DNA from: an uncultured virus (IMG/VR IMGVR_UViG_3300005611_000010)
Lineage: Duplodnaviria; Heunggongvirae; Uroviricota; Caudoviricetes
DNA: 64,000 nt
Virus record (IMG/VR): IMGVR_UViG_3300005611_000010
Strand: one strand, 5' to 3'
Below are positions 1-8,824 of this stretch, piece after piece; the stretch's first letter is position 1, and the number at the start of each line of letters is the position of its first letter. Both the position numbers and the translations under genes were made by a program. Below the pieces are notes generated by a model, which searched no databases, had not been told where the DNA came from, and worked only from the letters and a program-made list of their open reading frames with translations.

Positions 1-73
1 GTAGGGACGTCTGCTCTCCCGATCTCAGGCGACGCGTGCGAGCAAGGGGGAACCCCTGAAAACCGAAAACCTG

Positions 74-81
74 CAAAAGTA
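74..81 (-). promoter_or_regulatory. Bacteroidota-type -7 promoter box (TACTTTTG) firing toward the left window edge
   Basis: Exact TAnnTTTG match in a non-coding region. Confidence 0.4.
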
Positions 82-295
82 AGGAAAACAAATGACAAAG
101 TCAACAGGAATTTTCGTGGACAGAAAAACACATAAAAAGCACACAGAAACTATTGAAAAAAAAATATGGATAAATGGCGCGCCAATAAAAAGAAAGTGGC
201 ACAGAACGCAAGTATGGGGGTCTAATAACAAACAAGAAGGGTTGGGTGAAGCCCAACAAAGGGCAAAGCCCTACAATTTTCCCCCGCGCGGTCTG

Positions 296-373
296 AAAAA
301 AAAAGGGGGGATGACTACCGCATCGTCCCCCACAATTTTGAATAAAGTAAAACTTGCAAGTACCCCCCGCAAG
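296..373 (-). ncRNA. Candidate small RNA (~80 nt)
   Basis: TATATTTG box at 380-387 (minus), then hairpin CTTGCGGGGGGTACTTGCAAG and terminator-like GGGGGACGATG...CATCCCCCC-T9; no credible ORF. Confidence 0.35.
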
Positions 374-447
374 CAGTAACAAATATAAAAACGAAGGTGT
401 GAAAACAAAAAAGTCCAATTTTTACAGAAAGTGCAAATAGGTTGCAT

Positions 448-478
448 AAAAAAAGGGGGCGCGATTAAGCAACCCCCC
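448..478 (-). terminator. Rho-independent terminator downstream of the 518-2131 gene
   Basis: Minus strand GGGGGGTTGC-TTAATC-GCGCCCCC followed by T7. Confidence 0.7.
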
Positions 479-517
479 ATCATATGAAAAACAATCACTC
501 AACCACAGAGTGTCTTT

Positions 518-2131
518 TTATGGCATCGCTTGTTCGTACCATCCAAAGAATTCAGAACCATCGTATAGAATGAATATGATGTCGCTGAATCCTACTGCTG
601 AAGTAATTGTAGGTGGTGTATTACTCTTCCAATTGATTGTAGTACCCCAAGTAACCGTATAACCCCCTGTACCACCTTGCGTAATTTTTAATTGGAAAAT
701 AGAAGGTCTTGCATTAGTTAGACTGATGGTCGTATTCTGTGTGAGCGTAATCAATTGGATATTACCTTGACCTAAATTAATGCTTTGAGTTGCACCTGCC
801 GTTGTGGCTTTAGGTGTACGCTGTGAAGCAGTTCCACCCTTACTTAACGTCAATATATCTTCAAAGCCCGTATTAGCATCGTCATAGGCTCTGAACTTAA
901 ATTCAGGCTCATCCACGTTAGCAGGCTGTCTTACGTTCAAAATAACCAAAGATTCGTTTTCCTTGGATAAGGTGAAGTAATTAGTATCACCACTATCATA
1001 TAAATCAATGAACGCGCTGTCTGTTCTTACATCTACGGTTGATTTAATTTGAATGCCGTTAGTTGCAAGGAACAAAGGTGACGCATTGTTGTCTTGGTCT
1101 TCTACTTCACGAAGAGTCGTGTCCATATTTACACCCCCGTCAATTTGAAGAGTTCCTGAACTTACTGATGCAGTACCCGACGTTCCTGCGCTACCTGAAG
1201 TACCACTTGAGCCGCTTGTACCGCTACTTCCTGACGTTCCTGCTGTACCCGCACTACCCGAAGTACCACTTGAGCCGTTTTCACCACTTGTGCCTGAAGA
1301 GCCATTCTCTCCTGACGTTCCTGAACTACCATCTGCACCCGCAGTCCCTGACGAACCACTCGTTCCACTTGAACCCGTGCTACCTGATGTTCCTGTAGAC
1401 CCTGAAGAACCCGAAGTGCCGCTTGAGCCGTTTTCACCGCTTGTACCCGAACTTCCGTTTTCTCCTGACGTTCCTGAACTTCCATCTGCACCCGCAGTAC
1501 CCGAAGAACCACTTGTTCCACTTGAACCCGTGCTACCCGATGTACCCGTAGACCCTGAAGAACCCGAAGTGCCGCTTGAGCCGTTTTCACCGCTTGTGCC
1601 TGAACTTCCGTTCTCTCCTGACGTTCCACTTGACCCATTTGCTCCTGATGTCCCTGATGAGCCATCTGTGCCTGACGTGCCCGATGTACCCGCAGTACCA
1701 TTACCCGAACTTCCTGAACTACCCGCAGTTCCGCTTGAACCTGAATCACCACTTGTACCGCTCGACCCATTCTGACCGCTTGTGCCTGAAGAACCGTTGG
1801 CTCCTGATGTTCCTGAACTACCGTCTGCTCCTGAAGTCCCCGACGAACCCGTAGCACCTGCCGCACCTGAAGTACCGCTTGAGCCTGAAGCCCCTGTCGC
1901 TCCCGAAGTTCCTGAAGAACCTGATGCTCCCGTTTCTCCTGATGTTCCTGAAGTGCCGTTTGTGCCGCCACCGCCACCGCCACCTGTTCCTACATAAGAA
2001 GAAACAGACGCTGTGTTACCGTCCGTGTCGATTAATGTCAATATGTTGTTGGTATTGACGAATATCTTTAAATCATTTGACCCATCCGATGAGTATGGAA
2101 TGTCGTTGGGTGAAGATGTTTTTAGTGCCAT
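518..2131 (-). CDS. Virion fibre/spike protein with Gly-X-Ser (GTS/GSS) repeat
   Basis: 537 aa; long G-x-S triplet tract; N- and C-terminal domains resemble those of 33782-34651. Confidence 0.75.
   Translation of the reverse strand: MALKTSSPNDIPYSSDGSNDLKIFVNTNNILTLIDTDGNTASVSSYVGTGGGGGGGTNGTSGTSGETGASGSSGTSGATGASGSSGTSGAAGATGSSGTSGADGSSGTSGANGSSGTSGQNGSSGTSGDSGSSGTAGSSGSSGNGTAGTSGTSGTDGSSGTSGANGSSGTSGENGSSGTSGENGSSGTSGSSGSTGTSGSTGSSGTSGSSGTAGADGSSGTSGENGSSGTSGENGSSGTSGSSGSTGTSGSTGSSGTSGSSGTAGADGSSGTSGENGSSGTSGENGSSGTSGSAGTAGTSGSSGTSGSSGTSGSAGTSGTASVSSGTLQIDGGVNMDTTLREVEDQDNNASPLFLATNGIQIKSTVDVRTDSAFIDLYDSGDTNYFTLSKENESLVILNVRQPANVDEPEFKFRAYDDANTGFEDILTLSKGGTASQRTPKATTAGATQSINLGQGNIQLITLTQNTTISLTNARPSIFQLKITQGGTGGYTVTWGTTINWKSNTPPTITSAVGFSDIIFILYDGSEFFGWYEQAMP
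1170..1960 (-). repeat. Gly-X-Ser coding repeat including a near-duplicated block
   Basis: SSGTSGENGSSGTSGENGSSGTSGSSGSTGTSGSTG... block occurs twice. Confidence 0.9.
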
Positions 2132-2145
2132 TATTGTTATTGTTT

Positions 2146-2856
2146 TTAATGTCCGAGTGCTTTACGTTGTTTCTTTAATGCTTCCTGAACAAGTTCAGTT
2201 GGTACACTTGCTTTGTCTTTAGCATAATATGATTGATTGTATTTTTTACTACCAATGTTGTATGGGATTCCTACCGATGACCATATGCGAGCAATATCAA
2301 GAGCCGCGGCTTTAAGGTTTGCTGATGTATCTGAAACTTTACCGTTCAGGTAGTTTCTCAATGCCGACCTTTCATCAATCAGCGAATCAGCCATTGCGCT
2401 TTGCGTTTTTTCATCATAGACTGCTCTATCTGAAAGTCCTAAACGCTTTTGAACCCCAACAAGGGTAGATGGAATTATTTGGAATCGTCCTGTAGCCCAT
2501 AATTGTCCCGTAGAACTACTTCTTGACCTGCTTTGGTAATCTTTTACTTCAGCCAAAGTCATTTGAGTAAGGGGTTTGTTTGAAAAGGGCAATGTGTCTT
2601 GAACTTTCACCGCACTTTTTAAATTAGGTGCATATCGGTTGTAGTCGTTGTAGGTGAAAGATTCACCTCGTAAAACCGTATCCCACAACAAAGGATACTT
2701 GCTGTATTTCCACCTTGAAGACCCCCCTGACGTAATTCTACGTCGGATACCGAATACAGGAACCCCTGCAAGGTTTAGACCCAATATAACGCCAAAAAAG
2801 CCGAACCCTAAAAGGATGGCTTTCTTTGCTCCTGCGTCCAACTTAATTTTCTTCAT
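2146..2856 (-). CDS. Membrane-anchored lysozyme-like muramidase / lytic transglycosylase
   Basis: N-terminal TM helix; motifs RGES, ATGRFQIIPSTL, DEKTQ, IARIWSSV typical of lambda-lysozyme-like enzymes. Confidence 0.7.
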   Translation of the reverse strand: MKKIKLDAGAKKAILLGFGFFGVILGLNLAGVPVFGIRRRITSGGSSRWKYSKYPLLWDTVLRGESFTYNDYNRYAPNLKSAVKVQDTLPFSNKPLTQMTLAEVKDYQSRSRSSSTGQLWATGRFQIIPSTLVGVQKRLGLSDRAVYDEKTQSAMADSLIDERSALRNYLNGKVSDTSANLKAAALDIARIWSSVGIPYNIGSKKYNQSYYAKDKASVPTELVQEALKKQRKALGH

Positions 2857-3524
2857 ATACTTTTAAATATTCTGCTTCCTACCCAATCAGCCAAATTGGT
2901 CATATCGGGTTTGATTTTTAGGTGTATTCCATCCTGTGTACTGTTTGCTCCCACGTCTTCATATACAGGTAGGACTACCGCCCCTTTCACGTTGTCTTTG
3001 ATACCGTAAGCCATTGTTCTATAATTCGCCCTGTTCTTGGGGTTTTTATAAGCCGCAGGTAGTTTACTGTAGTATGGGTTTTCAGGAACTATCGTTTTGT
3101 CCCGATTAAACCCTGACAGTACATAAATATCTTTAACGCCCTTTGCCTTGGCGATGTCAATCATTTGCTGAATGTTGTTCCAAGTCGTTGTAGGGGGAAC
3201 CATAGAGTCACCATCATTACCACTACCACCCCAAATTATAAAAATGTCGGGTACAGGTCTGTTTGCCTCGAAGTAAGGCTTAACCTTGTTCGCCAATAAA
3301 TAACTTGTGTACTTACCACCTTGAGAAATGTTGGTCAAATTAAAACCGTACTTGGCTCTCATTTGGTCTTGCCATCCACCTGAATATGCGCTTTGAGAAT
3401 CACCAACCAACAATACTGACTTGCCCTTCGGATTTATTCTTTTGCGACGTGTCGCGAAATAGATGCCGATACCTGTGGCTACCCCCAATCCTAACGCTGT
3501 CCATATTTTCTCTTGGTTTCTCAT
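2853..3524 (-). CDS. Membrane-anchored SGNH/GDSL hydrolase
   Basis: TM helix then LLVGDSQS, SQGG, GGSGND and DGIHL catalytic blocks. Confidence 0.85.
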   Translation of the reverse strand: MRNQEKIWTALGLGVATGIGIYFATRRKRINPKGKSVLLVGDSQSAYSGGWQDQMRAKYGFNLTNISQGGKYTSYLLANKVKPYFEANRPVPDIFIIWGGSGNDGDSMVPPTTTWNNIQQMIDIAKAKGVKDIYVLSGFNRDKTIVPENPYYSKLPAAYKNPKNRANYRTMAYGIKDNVKGAVVLPVYEDVGANSTQDGIHLKIKPDMTNLADWVGSRIFKSI

Positions 3525-4153
3525 TAGAATATTTTGGAGCCAATAAATTTAGCAAATCGTGTTTGTGCCTGACCGTTTAGATGCAGACCGTCGCCTGAAT
3601 CTTTATTCGTTCCTTCTTCCCAAATCGGAACAATGGTTGCTTGAGTAACTTGGGTTTTTAGTGCTTCTTTAAACGCATCCATTCTTTCAGGAAAACCACC
3701 TTGAGCATACTTACTGCCCGCTGTCACGCGAGCCGTTCTATATCCTGCAATTACAAATATGTTTTTTGCTTTTAGTCCTTTCTCAATGCCAAGATTGACC
3801 ATCCGCTGAATATTGTTGAATACAGTAGTTGCGTTTGCTTTTCCGTAAATATCATTAGCACCCCCATAAATAAATAACATATCAGGAGCGGGGTTTTTAT
3901 CAAGGTAATTTTTCAGCGTGTTGTACATCCATCCTGTTGTTTTTCCAACTTGAGAAAGATTGATGACTTTAAATCCGTATGTTTTTGCAAGCGTGTCCTG
4001 CCAACCGTTTCCGTATAAAGCAGTATGGGAGTCCCCGATGAATAAAGCACTATAGCCTTTAGGGTTTACACGTCTTTTTGCGAAAGCAAAAACCACACCC
4101 GTTAACACGGCTGAAACTGTAATTATAAACAATTTTTGATGTGACTTCTGCAT
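3524..4153 (-). CDS. Membrane-anchored SGNH/GDSL hydrolase (tandem paralog)
   Basis: FIGDSHT, SQVG, YGGAND, DGLHL; start moved to ATG 4153, just after the promoter box. Confidence 0.85.
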   Translation of the reverse strand: MQKSHQKLFIITVSAVLTGVVFAFAKRRVNPKGYSALFIGDSHTALYGNGWQDTLAKTYGFKVINLSQVGKTTGWMYNTLKNYLDKNPAPDMLFIYGGANDIYGKANATTVFNNIQRMVNLGIEKGLKAKNIFVIAGYRTARVTAGSKYAQGGFPERMDAFKEALKTQVTQATIVPIWEEGTNKDSGDGLHLNGQAQTRFAKFIGSKIF

Positions 4154-4157
4154 TATA

Positions 4158-4165
4158 CAAATATA
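4158..4165 (-). promoter_or_regulatory. -7 promoter box (TATATTTG) for the leftward SGNH/muramidase/fibre operon
   Basis: TAnnTTTG immediately upstream of ATG 4153. Confidence 0.55.
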
Positions 4166-4204
4166 CAACGTATAATACAAAATTTTTAATTGTGCAAGTA
4201 GTAG

Positions 4205-4277
4205 GCAAAAGGGGGCGGTGTTTTTTGCGATTACACCACCTTTAAGAATGAATCACCCCCTATTACACAATGGATAA
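4205..4277 (-). ncRNA. Candidate small RNA (~70 nt)
   Basis: TATCTTTG box at 4283-4290 (minus), then hairpin GGTGGTGT...ACACCGCC-CCCTTTT; no ORF. Confidence 0.3.
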
Positions 4278-4404
4278 CTCAACAAAGATAAACCCGTTTT
4301 TTGATTAAATATGCACGTCGATATGCTTCTTCTGTAATTCCTTGGTATTAATGGGTTTGCGCTATGTTGTTGAAAATTATTTTAATTAATTTCAGGAAGA
4401 ATTT

Positions 4405-4412
4405 TAAATTTG
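4405..4412 (+). promoter_or_regulatory. -7 promoter box (TAAATTTG)
   Basis: TAnnTTTG 12 nt before ATG 4425. Confidence 0.55.
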
Positions 4413-4424
4413 TTGTTCTGCACA

Positions 4425-5414
4425 ATGGCTAACAAAAAAAGAAAAGTAACACAAGCAACACGAAACAAACTTCGTCGCGCATCCAAACTTTATCAAAAGG
4501 TTCGGAAAAATACACAGAAAGAATTAGAGCGTAGGGGTCAACCCATTAAAGGAAAAGAACTGACTGCATTTGTCCGTGACAAAGTTTACGGTGAATTCAA
4601 AGGTCTTTCCCCTAACGAAGTACGCATAGCCGATATTAATGATGCTGTAGAGCGCGCAGTAACGGGTACAGGTATTCTTCAGACAGGAGAATTCTTTAAC
4701 CCACTTGCTATACCCGAAACGCTTATATCGGGAATCTTTTGGTTTGACATTGATAATTTTATCGAAGTTGACCTAACCGCAGAAACAGGTGGTAAGAATT
4801 TGCGTTTGGAAGTGAATGCAGGTGAATACGGTAGTACAGGTATTATTGAACTTTCTGAATACACCTACGAAGGTAGTGGCTTGGCTGAAATCATTGAACA
4901 GGTGCGCGAATTCGTAGAAGACGATTCAGAGCCATATTGGGAAGGGGAAGCCCGTGTACGTCCAAGACTAAAAGACGATGGCAACCCTGACAGTTATTTT
5001 CTTCAGTTTACATTATATGTAGGGGGCACACAGGTTCCACCTTCAGCAACTTTTGAAGAACCTGCACCCATAGGAAAAATCGAAGAAACGATTGAAGAGC
5101 GTAGAAAGAAACGTCGTGAAATCGTAAAGCGTCGTAAGGAACTTGCCAAGCAAAAGCGTGAAAAGGCTAAAAAGAAAGAAGCCAAAATGCGCAAACGTCC
5201 GACCAAAAAAGAACCCGCTAAAGCAGAAGCACCTGAAAGGGCAAAGAATGTTCAGGAAGCCCTCGATAGACAAGAGCGGTTATTAAAAGATTCTAAAGAC
5301 TTATTTGATGCAGGGATTCTGACAAAGAAAGAATTCATTGCAGAACGAAAGGCAATTATTGAACAAACCAATAAAGCAATTGAAAAATTCAAGCGTGGTG
5401 GTGAAATCAATTAA
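4425..5414 (+). CDS. Hypothetical protein with basic termini and acidic core; ends in FKRGGEIN
   Basis: Long ORF, start moved to ATG 4425; K/R-rich termini. Confidence 0.75.
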   Translation: MANKKRKVTQATRNKLRRASKLYQKVRKNTQKELERRGQPIKGKELTAFVRDKVYGEFKGLSPNEVRIADINDAVERAVTGTGILQTGEFFNPLAIPETLISGIFWFDIDNFIEVDLTAETGGKNLRLEVNAGEYGSTGIIELSEYTYEGSGLAEIIEQVREFVEDDSEPYWEGEARVRPRLKDDGNPDSYFLQFTLYVGGTQVPPSATFEEPAPIGKIEETIEERRKKRREIVKRRKELAKQKREKAKKKEAKMRKRPTKKEPAKAEAPERAKNVQEALDRQERLLKDSKDLFDAGILTKKEFIAERKAIIEQTNKAIEKFKRGGEIN

Positions 5415-5419
5415 TTATT

Positions 5420-5450
5420 TTTGAAAATATTGTTTTAAGTATTATTTTTG
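5420..5450 (+). promoter_or_regulatory. Bacteroidota sigma-70 promoter (TTTG-N19-TATTTTTG)
   Basis: Both -33 and -7 elements present upstream of ATG 5458. Confidence 0.6.
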
Positions 5451-5457
5451 ACCCACA

Positions 5458-6204
5458 ATGGCTAACAAAAGTGAACGATTTTCAATCGTAGAAAGCAGAT
5501 TTGTCCCTACAGCAAATCCAACGGTAATCCGAAACCGTTTGATGAAAGGTGGTAAGGACTTTATTTATCGGGAAACAAAATATATGACGACCATCGTATA
5601 TGACGGTGTAGAAACCATTTATCGAAGCCGCGACAAAGATTCCTTTCCCGCCAACAAACTTTACATATTTAAAAACGTGCGGAGCGAAGCGCAAAAGTTT
5701 TTGCGTGAGAATCCCGATTGGGAATTGCAAACCACCAAGTATCCTGTAAACCACACGAATTTTGATTATGATGATTCGTATGGAACTATTACGGGTACAG
5801 ACATTCAGAGTGCTTATTGGATTATCGCCTACAAAATGGGAATAATCAGCGAAAAGACTTACAACACAGCGCAGGGTAGCGATTGGAAAGTAATCAGGCT
5901 TGCCGCCCTTGCTGTATTAGGTAGAACAGTAGCATACCACGAATACAAAAACGGTTTAAAGCAGAAGAGTCCGATTTTGATTGAGCCTGAAGACGAACGC
6001 ATTAGAAACCTTTACAGGGCTGTTCGTTACAAGTGCTATGAAATGATGACAGAAATAGCAGGGTTGTTGGGTAATGACTATGAAGCCTACCGTACTGACT
6101 GCATATATTATCGCGACACCCCTGAAAATAGAAAAAAGGTTTATGACTACTTGGAAGAGCGCGAATTCCCCTACAAACAACTCATTTACGACGAAAACGA
6201 ATAA
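5458..6204 (+). CDS. Minimal family-B DNA polymerase palm-like protein
   Basis: GTDIQSAYW resembles motif A (DxxSxY); YRTDCIYY resembles motif C; only 248 aa, no exonuclease motifs seen. Confidence 0.6.
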   Translation: MANKSERFSIVESRFVPTANPTVIRNRLMKGGKDFIYRETKYMTTIVYDGVETIYRSRDKDSFPANKLYIFKNVRSEAQKFLRENPDWELQTTKYPVNHTNFDYDDSYGTITGTDIQSAYWIIAYKMGIISEKTYNTAQGSDWKVIRLAALAVLGRTVAYHEYKNGLKQKSPILIEPEDERIRNLYRAVRYKCYEMMTEIAGLLGNDYEAYRTDCIYYRDTPENRKKVYDYLEEREFPYKQLIYDENE

Positions 6205-6206
6205 AT

Positions 6207-6620
6207 ATGAAATTAGAACTATACTATGTGCGCCCAAGCAACCTGCTTGACACCGACACGATGACGGACTATTATATAAATAACGGTGTGAACGTCGCGC
6301 GCAACAACCGCTCCGTCTATGAAGGTTCTGAAGGGTTTCAGGAAATAGAATTGGAAAAACACCTGTTTGCTTTTCACACCTTTAATGAATCAGGAAAGGA
6401 ATTTGCTACCTTAACCCCGTACCGTCTTAATCCATCCCCTTGCTCAAAAAGAACCTACAAGTTTGGATGCTTTAATACCAATACCCGAAAGGTTTACTTT
6501 TTCTTCAAAGGTAAAAATTTGGGTAAGAGTCGCGAACAGGCTATTGAAGTTTACAACGAACTGAAGCCCTATTGTGATGCTCAAGGTGAAGGTTTGGTAG
6601 CCTTCGCAATGAAGGGATAA
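6207..6620 (+). CDS. Hypothetical protein
   Basis: 137-aa ORF packed directly after the polymerase-like gene. Confidence 0.65.
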   Translation: MKLELYYVRPSNLLDTDTMTDYYINNGVNVARNNRSVYEGSEGFQEIELEKHLFAFHTFNESGKEFATLTPYRLNPSPCSKRTYKFGCFNTNTRKVYFFFKGKNLGKSREQAIEVYNELKPYCDAQGEGLVAFAMKG

Positions 6621-6638
6621 TTCTTTTTGAAAAATTAT

Positions 6639-6668
6639 TTTGTAAAATAATATTTTGGTGTATATTTG
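6639..6668 (+). promoter_or_regulatory. Bacteroidota sigma-70 promoter (TTTG-N18-TATATTTG)
   Basis: Both elements in the intergenic gap before ATG 6693. Confidence 0.65.
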
Positions 6669-6692
6669 TATTGTCATTTAACACTTAAAACT

Positions 6693-7022
6693 ATGGATAA
6701 CAAAAATTTTAACAGGGTGCGGGTCGAAGTTCTTGCACAAGTTTTAGAAAACTACGGCTACCACGAAGGTGGTAATGCTTGGAAGCCAAAGGGCGCACAA
6801 ATGTTTATCATTTATGCAGACGATGTGCAGTATTATGATAAAGAAGATTTGGTTGAAGCAATCAAGGTTTGTCTTGAAAAAGAATCCAATGACTATACTC
6901 GCTTCGAGTATGTGAATCACGAATTGATGTTTCACGAGCCTATCGAAATTCCTAACGAACAATTTGATGCGTGCTTTGATGCGCATATGTCTAACCTAAT
7001 CAATAACAATAGCAATGGGTAA
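6693..7022 (+). CDS. Hypothetical phage protein
   Basis: ATG 6693 after promoter; YGYHEGGNAWKPKGAQ. Confidence 0.7.
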   Translation: MDNKNFNRVRVEVLAQVLENYGYHEGGNAWKPKGAQMFIIYADDVQYYDKEDLVEAIKVCLEKESNDYTRFEYVNHELMFHEPIEIPNEQFDACFDAHMSNLINNNSNG

Positions 7023-7395
7023 CGCTACTAAAATGAAGAAAGCCATCAAGATTGATGTTGCGCTTCAGCAGGTTTACGAAGTCGAAATCGCAGATGGACT
7101 TCAGGCAATTTATGACGCAATCGGTAACGGTTGTTCACTTATGGAACGCGCGGGCTGTATGCCCAACAAAAATCCAAAATCACTTGGGGATGACCTCTAT
7201 GTGGACGAAGAAGGGTTTATTCGCGGTGAGCAGTACATTGTTGGGGGTTTTCAGTTGAATATGCCCAACTGCAATCCAAGCGTTCTTGCCAACAATGGTT
7301 TAATTCTTGGTGCAAACGCAGACGGTGAGTCTACTGACCACAACTGCGATATTGACCAAATTCGTGCTAACGTAAAATGGTTCGTAAAGAAATGA
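7015..7395 (+). CDS. DUF3846-like protein
   Basis: LQAIYDAIG...DDLYVDEEG pattern. Confidence 0.55.
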   Translation: MGNATKMKKAIKIDVALQQVYEVEIADGLQAIYDAIGNGCSLMERAGCMPNKNPKSLGDDLYVDEEGFIRGEQYIVGGFQLNMPNCNPSVLANNGLILGANADGESTDHNCDIDQIRANVKWFVKK

Positions 7396-7727
7396 GCAGA
7401 TTTAAGGTAAACGGTAAAAGAGGGGATGTCGCACACAACGTGCGCATCCTTCTTGAACAAGACGAAGCCCTACGCGACGATAAATTGAAGACCGTAGTTT
7501 CGTATTGGTATTATGTTGACTTTCCCAAGTTGGGCAAAAAAGTCGAAGATGTAAATGCCTTGGAATTTATGAAAATGTACCGTGCGGGTGTATTGGAAAA
7601 CCAAGCCTCTATTGACCGTCAATGGCAAAAGGTACAGGAAGATAATCCAAGCCTGCGCGGTAAGACTTGGGAAAAACGTCAACAACACTCACGCACAGTT
7701 AAAAAAGATTTAGGATATAAGTCTTGA
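7392..7727 (+). CDS. Hypothetical phage protein
   Basis: ATGA overlap with previous stop; SIDRQWQKVQEDNPSLRG. Confidence 0.7.
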   Translation: MSRFKVNGKRGDVAHNVRILLEQDEALRDDKLKTVVSYWYYVDFPKLGKKVEDVNALEFMKMYRAGVLENQASIDRQWQKVQEDNPSLRGKTWEKRQQHSRTVKKDLGYKS

Positions 7728-7999
7728 AGCGGTATAAGTATTACTTCTTTGGATTGGAAGAACCAATATCAATCGAAGCGCATAGTAAACACTCTGCGCG
7801 TCGTGTATTAGAAGATGTGGTAAACCAAGCCGACTATAAGGAGCGGGGCTATGCAATGCTTGCCTTGCGGAAGGAAACTTCTGAAACGCTTGTTGAAGGG
7901 GTATCTACCAAGGACAGTAATCGCCACGGTAAATTAGTTTGGACAGATAAAGGATGGACAAAGTATGAAACTTACAAAAGAACAAATAGAAGCGAATGA
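7724..7999 (+). CDS. Hypothetical protein
   Basis: 91-aa ORF in operon, TTG start overlapping the previous stop. Confidence 0.55.
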   Translation: MKRYKYYFFGLEEPISIEAHSKHSARRVLEDVVNQADYKERGYAMLALRKETSETLVEGVSTKDSNRHGKLVWTDKGWTKYETYKRTNRSE

Positions 8000-8198
8000 G
8001 CAATTTTTTTTGAAAATGCTCAAGTTATTAAATGATGGTGGAATCTATGTATTCCCTGAAGCAAATGCGGTCTTTAAAAAGCACTATGGTGTGTTTTACG
8101 CAATGAACCCACCAAACCTTGACTCTATAAAAGACTTGGTGAGCGAAGATTTTAAAAAGCAATACTTTCGGGTATTGGTAGACCCACAACAAAATTGA
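7965..8198 (+). CDS. Hypothetical protein
   Basis: 77-aa ORF in operon. Confidence 0.6.
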   Translation: MKLTKEQIEANEQFFLKMLKLLNDGGIYVFPEANAVFKKHYGVFYAMNPPNLDSIKDLVSEDFKKQYFRVLVDPQQN

Positions 8199-8203
8199 AC
8201 AAT

Positions 8204-8821
8204 ATGAAATTAAACCACAACATACCACATTTTAAAGCCTTTGTAAAACGGTCTTACTTTACGCAAGATGAATCAGATAAAGAATTTGATGCTGTATATG
8301 TTTTTGCAATTCAAAGTGTAGCAGGAAAGATACTAACCTTTCACATTATGACCGACTATGGAATGCTACGTTCCCGTGTTCCAATATCTGAAATTTATAC
8401 GTTTCCTCCCGAAAATGATATTCCGTTTCATTTTAAACAACTTTGGGATTGTTTTTCAGAGAATGTATCAGTAATTGAATATGATTTTCTTGCAGAACAT
8501 CGTTGTGAAGTAGTTTTAAAAGATGGAAGTAAAGTTTGGGCTTCCTACATATTTACTGTCGATTGGTACAGCAATCCTTATAGTGACGAGCCGTCTGATT
8601 ATAAAGCAGGTCACATTTTGCAAAGCGATGACGGCTATTTGATGTGTATGCCTAATAATAGAATTTATTGGAAAGACAGCAATTGGATAACAAAAGCATT
8701 TCCTATGAATCCCAAAAAAATAAAAGTTGACCAAGAACTTTTAACTTGTGAAAACCAAAGTGACCGATGGGTAAGTGAAGATGGTGATAATTATTATTAT
8801 GATATGTCTAAAGAGCAGTAA
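8204..8821 (+). CDS. Conserved phage hypothetical protein
   Basis: LWDCFS, YIFTVDW and PNNRIYW motifs recalled from aquatic phage proteins; function unknown. Confidence 0.7.
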   Translation: MKLNHNIPHFKAFVKRSYFTQDESDKEFDAVYVFAIQSVAGKILTFHIMTDYGMLRSRVPISEIYTFPPENDIPFHFKQLWDCFSENVSVIEYDFLAEHRCEVVLKDGSKVWASYIFTVDWYSNPYSDEPSDYKAGHILQSDDGYLMCMPNNRIYWKDSNWITKAFPMNPKKIKVDQELLTCENQSDRWVSEDGDNYYYDMSKEQ

Positions 8822-8824
8822 ATT

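Noticed and set aside
25..498. Short ORFs at the left end
   Set aside because: Mutually overlapping, low-complexity translations over hairpins and homopolymer tracts; more consistent with non-coding DNA
1063..1997. Overlapping ORFs within 518-2131 (likewise 34165-34484)
   Set aside because: Same shadow effect from GTS repeats
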